A stretch of 63,981 nucleotides of DNA, the filler included, from Lenisia limosa (taxonomy: Eukaryota; Protista; Breviatea), in NCBI GenBank assembly GCA_001655205.1. It is 22 parts of 22 records of this genome, joined end to end, with 100 filler letters (N's around TTAATTAATTAA, not from the genome) between each part and the next. Parts side by side here need not be neighbours in the genome. Positions count along the whole stretch, not along the records: positions 58,208 to 61,481 come from LPNZ01006836.1; positions 61,582 to 62,817 come from LPNZ01006831.1; positions 62,918 to 63,981 come from LPNZ01000800.1; 19 more parts are not named here. One strand, given 5' to 3'. The notes under the pieces were generated by a model. It ran no database searches and was not told where the DNA came from. It saw only the letters and a program-made list of their open reading frames with translations. Below, one piece after another: positions 61,469-63,981 of the stretch (position 1 is the first letter of the stretch; the number at the start of each line of letters is the position of its first letter). Made by a program: the position numbers and the translations under genes.

Positions 61469-63303
61469 GTGAATGACAAACNNNNNNNNNNNNNNNNNNN
61501 NNNNNNNNNNNNNNNNNNNNNNNNNTTAATTAATTAANNNNNNNNNNNNNNNNNNNNNNNNNNNNNNNNNNNNNNNNNNNNATTTGCTAAGAAAAGAAAA
61601 CCCTGAGCAAAAGAGAAGAATGATTACCCCCCCCCCCACTAAGAATGACACATTACTGGGTAGGTTGGGGCGAAGGAGGAGGCGAAGGAGGGCTGACACA
61701 CACCAGTAGGACACGGTCGTGTTTTCCGGCGCTAAATAGTTAAATAATATCGTGTGTGTGTACCGTGACCAAGATAAGCATTAACCGATTTGCTATGTGA
61801 TTTCCCAAGGAAAATAGGTGTATATGTGTGTACTGCTACATGTATTACTACAGGTATATGACGGTGCTAAATGATTAAATAACATCGTGTGTATGTGTGT
61901 ATTTATGTGCGTGTATTACTACATCTTTTGACAATATGAGGGTTGAATAGTGATGAAGTTCAAGAGTGACACCCCACCCCCACCAATAGTCCTTAGAACT
62001 GCTCCTGCACGGTTAATGAGCGGGCGGAGGCAGTTAAGGGCTTCAATGAGGACCTAACATGCGGTTAACGTGGTTCAGTCCTTTTTTTTTGGTTGAAAAA
62101 GTGCGTGACAGGATTTCTGGGGGGGGGGGGNNNNNNNNNNNNNNNNNNNNNNNNNNNNNNNNNNNNNNNNNNNNNNNNNNNNNNNNNNNNNNNNNNNNNN
62201 NNNNNNNNNNNNNNNNNGGATTTTATGTCAAACGGACACTCCTCTCATCCCTATCTGATACCAATTCCTTGTTTTTGAGTAAATCACTGCTCAACAAAAA
62301 GAACATCAGCCCTCCTACTGGACCTGGAGGGAAGGAGGATGGCTTGGTGGTGGGGCGGCGGGAGTGGTCTGGGGGGTGATAATGGAACATCGGGAACTTG
62401 ATCAATAATATACTCACAAGACATAACTGATAATAGCTGAAAACCAAGTAATACAATGGTGCAAAATAATTGGTATACCCTGTAGTGCATACAATACACC
62501 AAACCTAAAAATGATGTTTCAACCATTTACAAAAAGGCCAATCTCACATTACAATACATACCAAAAGACGTTAATCTATTGTAATGACACACCCATCTCA
62601 CAGATGATGGGATGGCCGGGGTCGGCAAGGGGATTGAAGCGGGTAGGGGGGTAGCAATGAAGGTCTGTTATCGCCTCTCCTGAAGGCTTGTTAGACGCAA
62701 TGCAGATAAGAGGATTTCGATCATCAAATTCAACCAGATTTACAACATACAAACAAATCAGGGCTTTTCTCCAAGCCACGAATACATCTATTATATAGGT
62801 GACCACCCAAAAACGCGNNNNNNNNNNNNNNNNNNNNNNNNNNNNNNNNNNNNNNNNNNNNTTAATTAATTAANNNNNNNNNNNNNNNNNNNNNNNNNNN
62901 NNNNNNNNNNNNNNNNNACACAACCACGCGGTAAGCCGGGGTCAGCACGTGATCCTGGGGAAGTTATAAGGAATCCATTGCCGTATTGTTAAGGATTCCC
63001 TAGGGTTGCAAAAAGACTGAATTTCTCGATAAATATCCGATAAATATCGTTATTTAACCGGCCCCAGGTATTGTCTAAACATGATGGGCTAAGTATACAG
63101 ATCAGTGTCGTGTCAGGACTTTCACAGTCAGTAACTATTAGGGCTCCGTGTAATTAATTGAAAAATTAATCTCCGAATTTGAAGAGACATATTGTCATGG
63201 GAAACTCCATTTCAGGCACTTTAAATTCAAACTCTGTCAATTAATTTAAAAATTAATTGCAGGGAGTCGTAAATATAACATACCACACCCCTCTCCCTCC
63301 TAC

Positions 63304-63549
63304 CTGCTCTAAAGGGGTGCGAATTACACTCATAGCAAAATACGTCTCTCCCACTTGCCCAATGTAGTTCGAATGGTCTGTAAGGTAACGAATGAGACGG
63401 TACTCAAGAATTCGAGAGGTGTCCTTGTGAGAAGAGGGAACAAACGTATGATGAACATAGTGAAAGAAGAGGAACACAAAGAAGCAGAGAAACAACAACA
63501 ACAACAACACCAAGAAGAGTTTGGGTAAGTTGAGGATTGCCAATCTCAT
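63304..63549 (-). CDS. Putative type II membrane protein, first exon
   Basis: MRLAILNLPKLFLVLLLLLFLCFFVFLFFHYVHH...RTPLEQ|GTAGGA has an N-terminal signal anchor followed by a GT donor. Confidence 0.45.
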
Positions 63550-63981
63550 CTCGAAGAAGATGGAAGCAGAAAACAACATTATGAAGACATAAATTTGAAA
63601 AAGGAGGTGAGAAGAAGCCGTCCACGCAACACTTCTATGTAGAGTTGAAAGATAATAAAAAAAACATAGGGGTATCTTGTTAAAAACCAGGTGTCAAAAA
63701 CACAAAAACAAAGCCCGAGCCAGGGAGGAGTAAAATTGAAAAAATTCACAACACACGAGGGTTGATTACAACAAAACAAACAAACAAAGCCAAGGTCAAT
63801 CGCTTCTGCAGCACCGCATCCCATATAAGGCTTCACTTCGGTTCGAAAAAAGACTGAATTTCTCTCGAAACTGTCGATATTTTCCGAACCAAAGTGAAGC
63901 CTTTATCCCATCACTCCAGCGTGTCGAATATCCTTCAATACAACAAACAGCTAACCTCTTCCCAGGAAATACTTGTAGTAC

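Noticed and set aside
1463-62873. Regularly recurring TTAATTAATTAA motif, and apparent gene clusters or neighbourhoods across the window
   Set aside because: Artificial six-frame-stop linker in fixed N padding. Neighbouring contigs are not known to be adjacent, so no operon or cluster inference is valid.

Overview
Eukaryotic, AT-rich, intron-rich draft sequence. It is not one locus: 21 artificial N-TTAATTAATTAA-N linkers join about 22 short contigs, so adjacency across linkers has no biological meaning. I translated and spliced exons by hand, with no database searches. Recognisable spliced genes, mostly partial: 2-oxoglutarate dehydrogenase E1, ESF1 (apparently complete, 1581-5996 minus), a single-pass membrane protein with a C-terminal SH3 domain, a phospholipase B-like C-terminus, a Skp1/BTB-like gene, the CFAP47 C-terminus (implying a flagellated organism), GPALPP1, a copine, a kinase-like gene, an SLC12/KCC C-terminus and a WD40 protein. 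Transposon content is high: two pogo-like transposases (one with about 7-8 spliceosomal introns and a DD36D triad), a piggyBac remnant, a decayed intron-containing KDZ-like transposase, a second CxC-like fragment, and at least five short dispersed repeat families. The most striking signal is repeat family C. It lies almost always sense to the host gene, and its C-rich end supplies the 3' splice acceptor of at least 13 predicted introns in unrelated genes, which is introner-like behaviour.
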